Shown here piece by piece: positions 19,927 through 20,000 of a DNA stretch of 20,000 nt. The DNA comes from Cirrosporium novae-zelandiae (taxonomy: Eukaryota). The notes under the pieces were generated by a model, which made no database searches, was not told the origin of the DNA, and saw nothing but the letters and a program-made list of their open reading frames with translations. The stretch lies in assembly GCA_026023565.1 (NCBI GenBank), contig JAPETS010000036.1, forward strand, positions 304,614 through 324,613, given 5' to 3'. The translations under genes were made by a program, and so were the position numbers. Positions within the stretch are counted from its first letter, which is position 1. Each line of letters starts with the position of its first letter.

Positions 19927-20000
19927 AACCACCACACAAACAGCCGGCGAGCCAAACCCGTGGAGACGAGCCCATCCAGCTGGGCCAACCCCCCCCCCCC

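Overview
Eukaryotic, intron-containing DNA from a filamentous ascomycete (GT..AG introns mostly 45-105 nt with CTRAY branch points; AT-rich, microsatellite-rich intergenic DNA). I rebuilt seven protein-coding genes by hand: an uncharacterised disordered/coiled-coil protein with a PIP-box-like motif (+), a glutamate carboxypeptidase II/Vps70-type M28 peptidase (+), a Zn(II)2Cys6 transcription factor (-), an NADP-dependent ADH6/7-like zinc alcohol dehydrogenase (-), the small mitochondrial import subunit Tom6 (+), an Fmp42/SLC43-like MFS transporter with 27-nt and 9-nt micro-exons (-), and a 10-exon LaeA-like SAM methyltransferase (-). All spliced models give uninterrupted reading frames. I see no transposon, rRNA, tRNA, CRISPR array or biosynthetic backbone gene, so the window looks like ordinary euchromatin. 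The best lead is the uncharacterised 581-aa protein (K/E/R helix + PIP box + repeated SQ/TQ acidic-aromatic motifs). Other leads are splicing oddities, targeting signals and promoter repeats or motifs. Family assignments come from motif recognition, not database searches.
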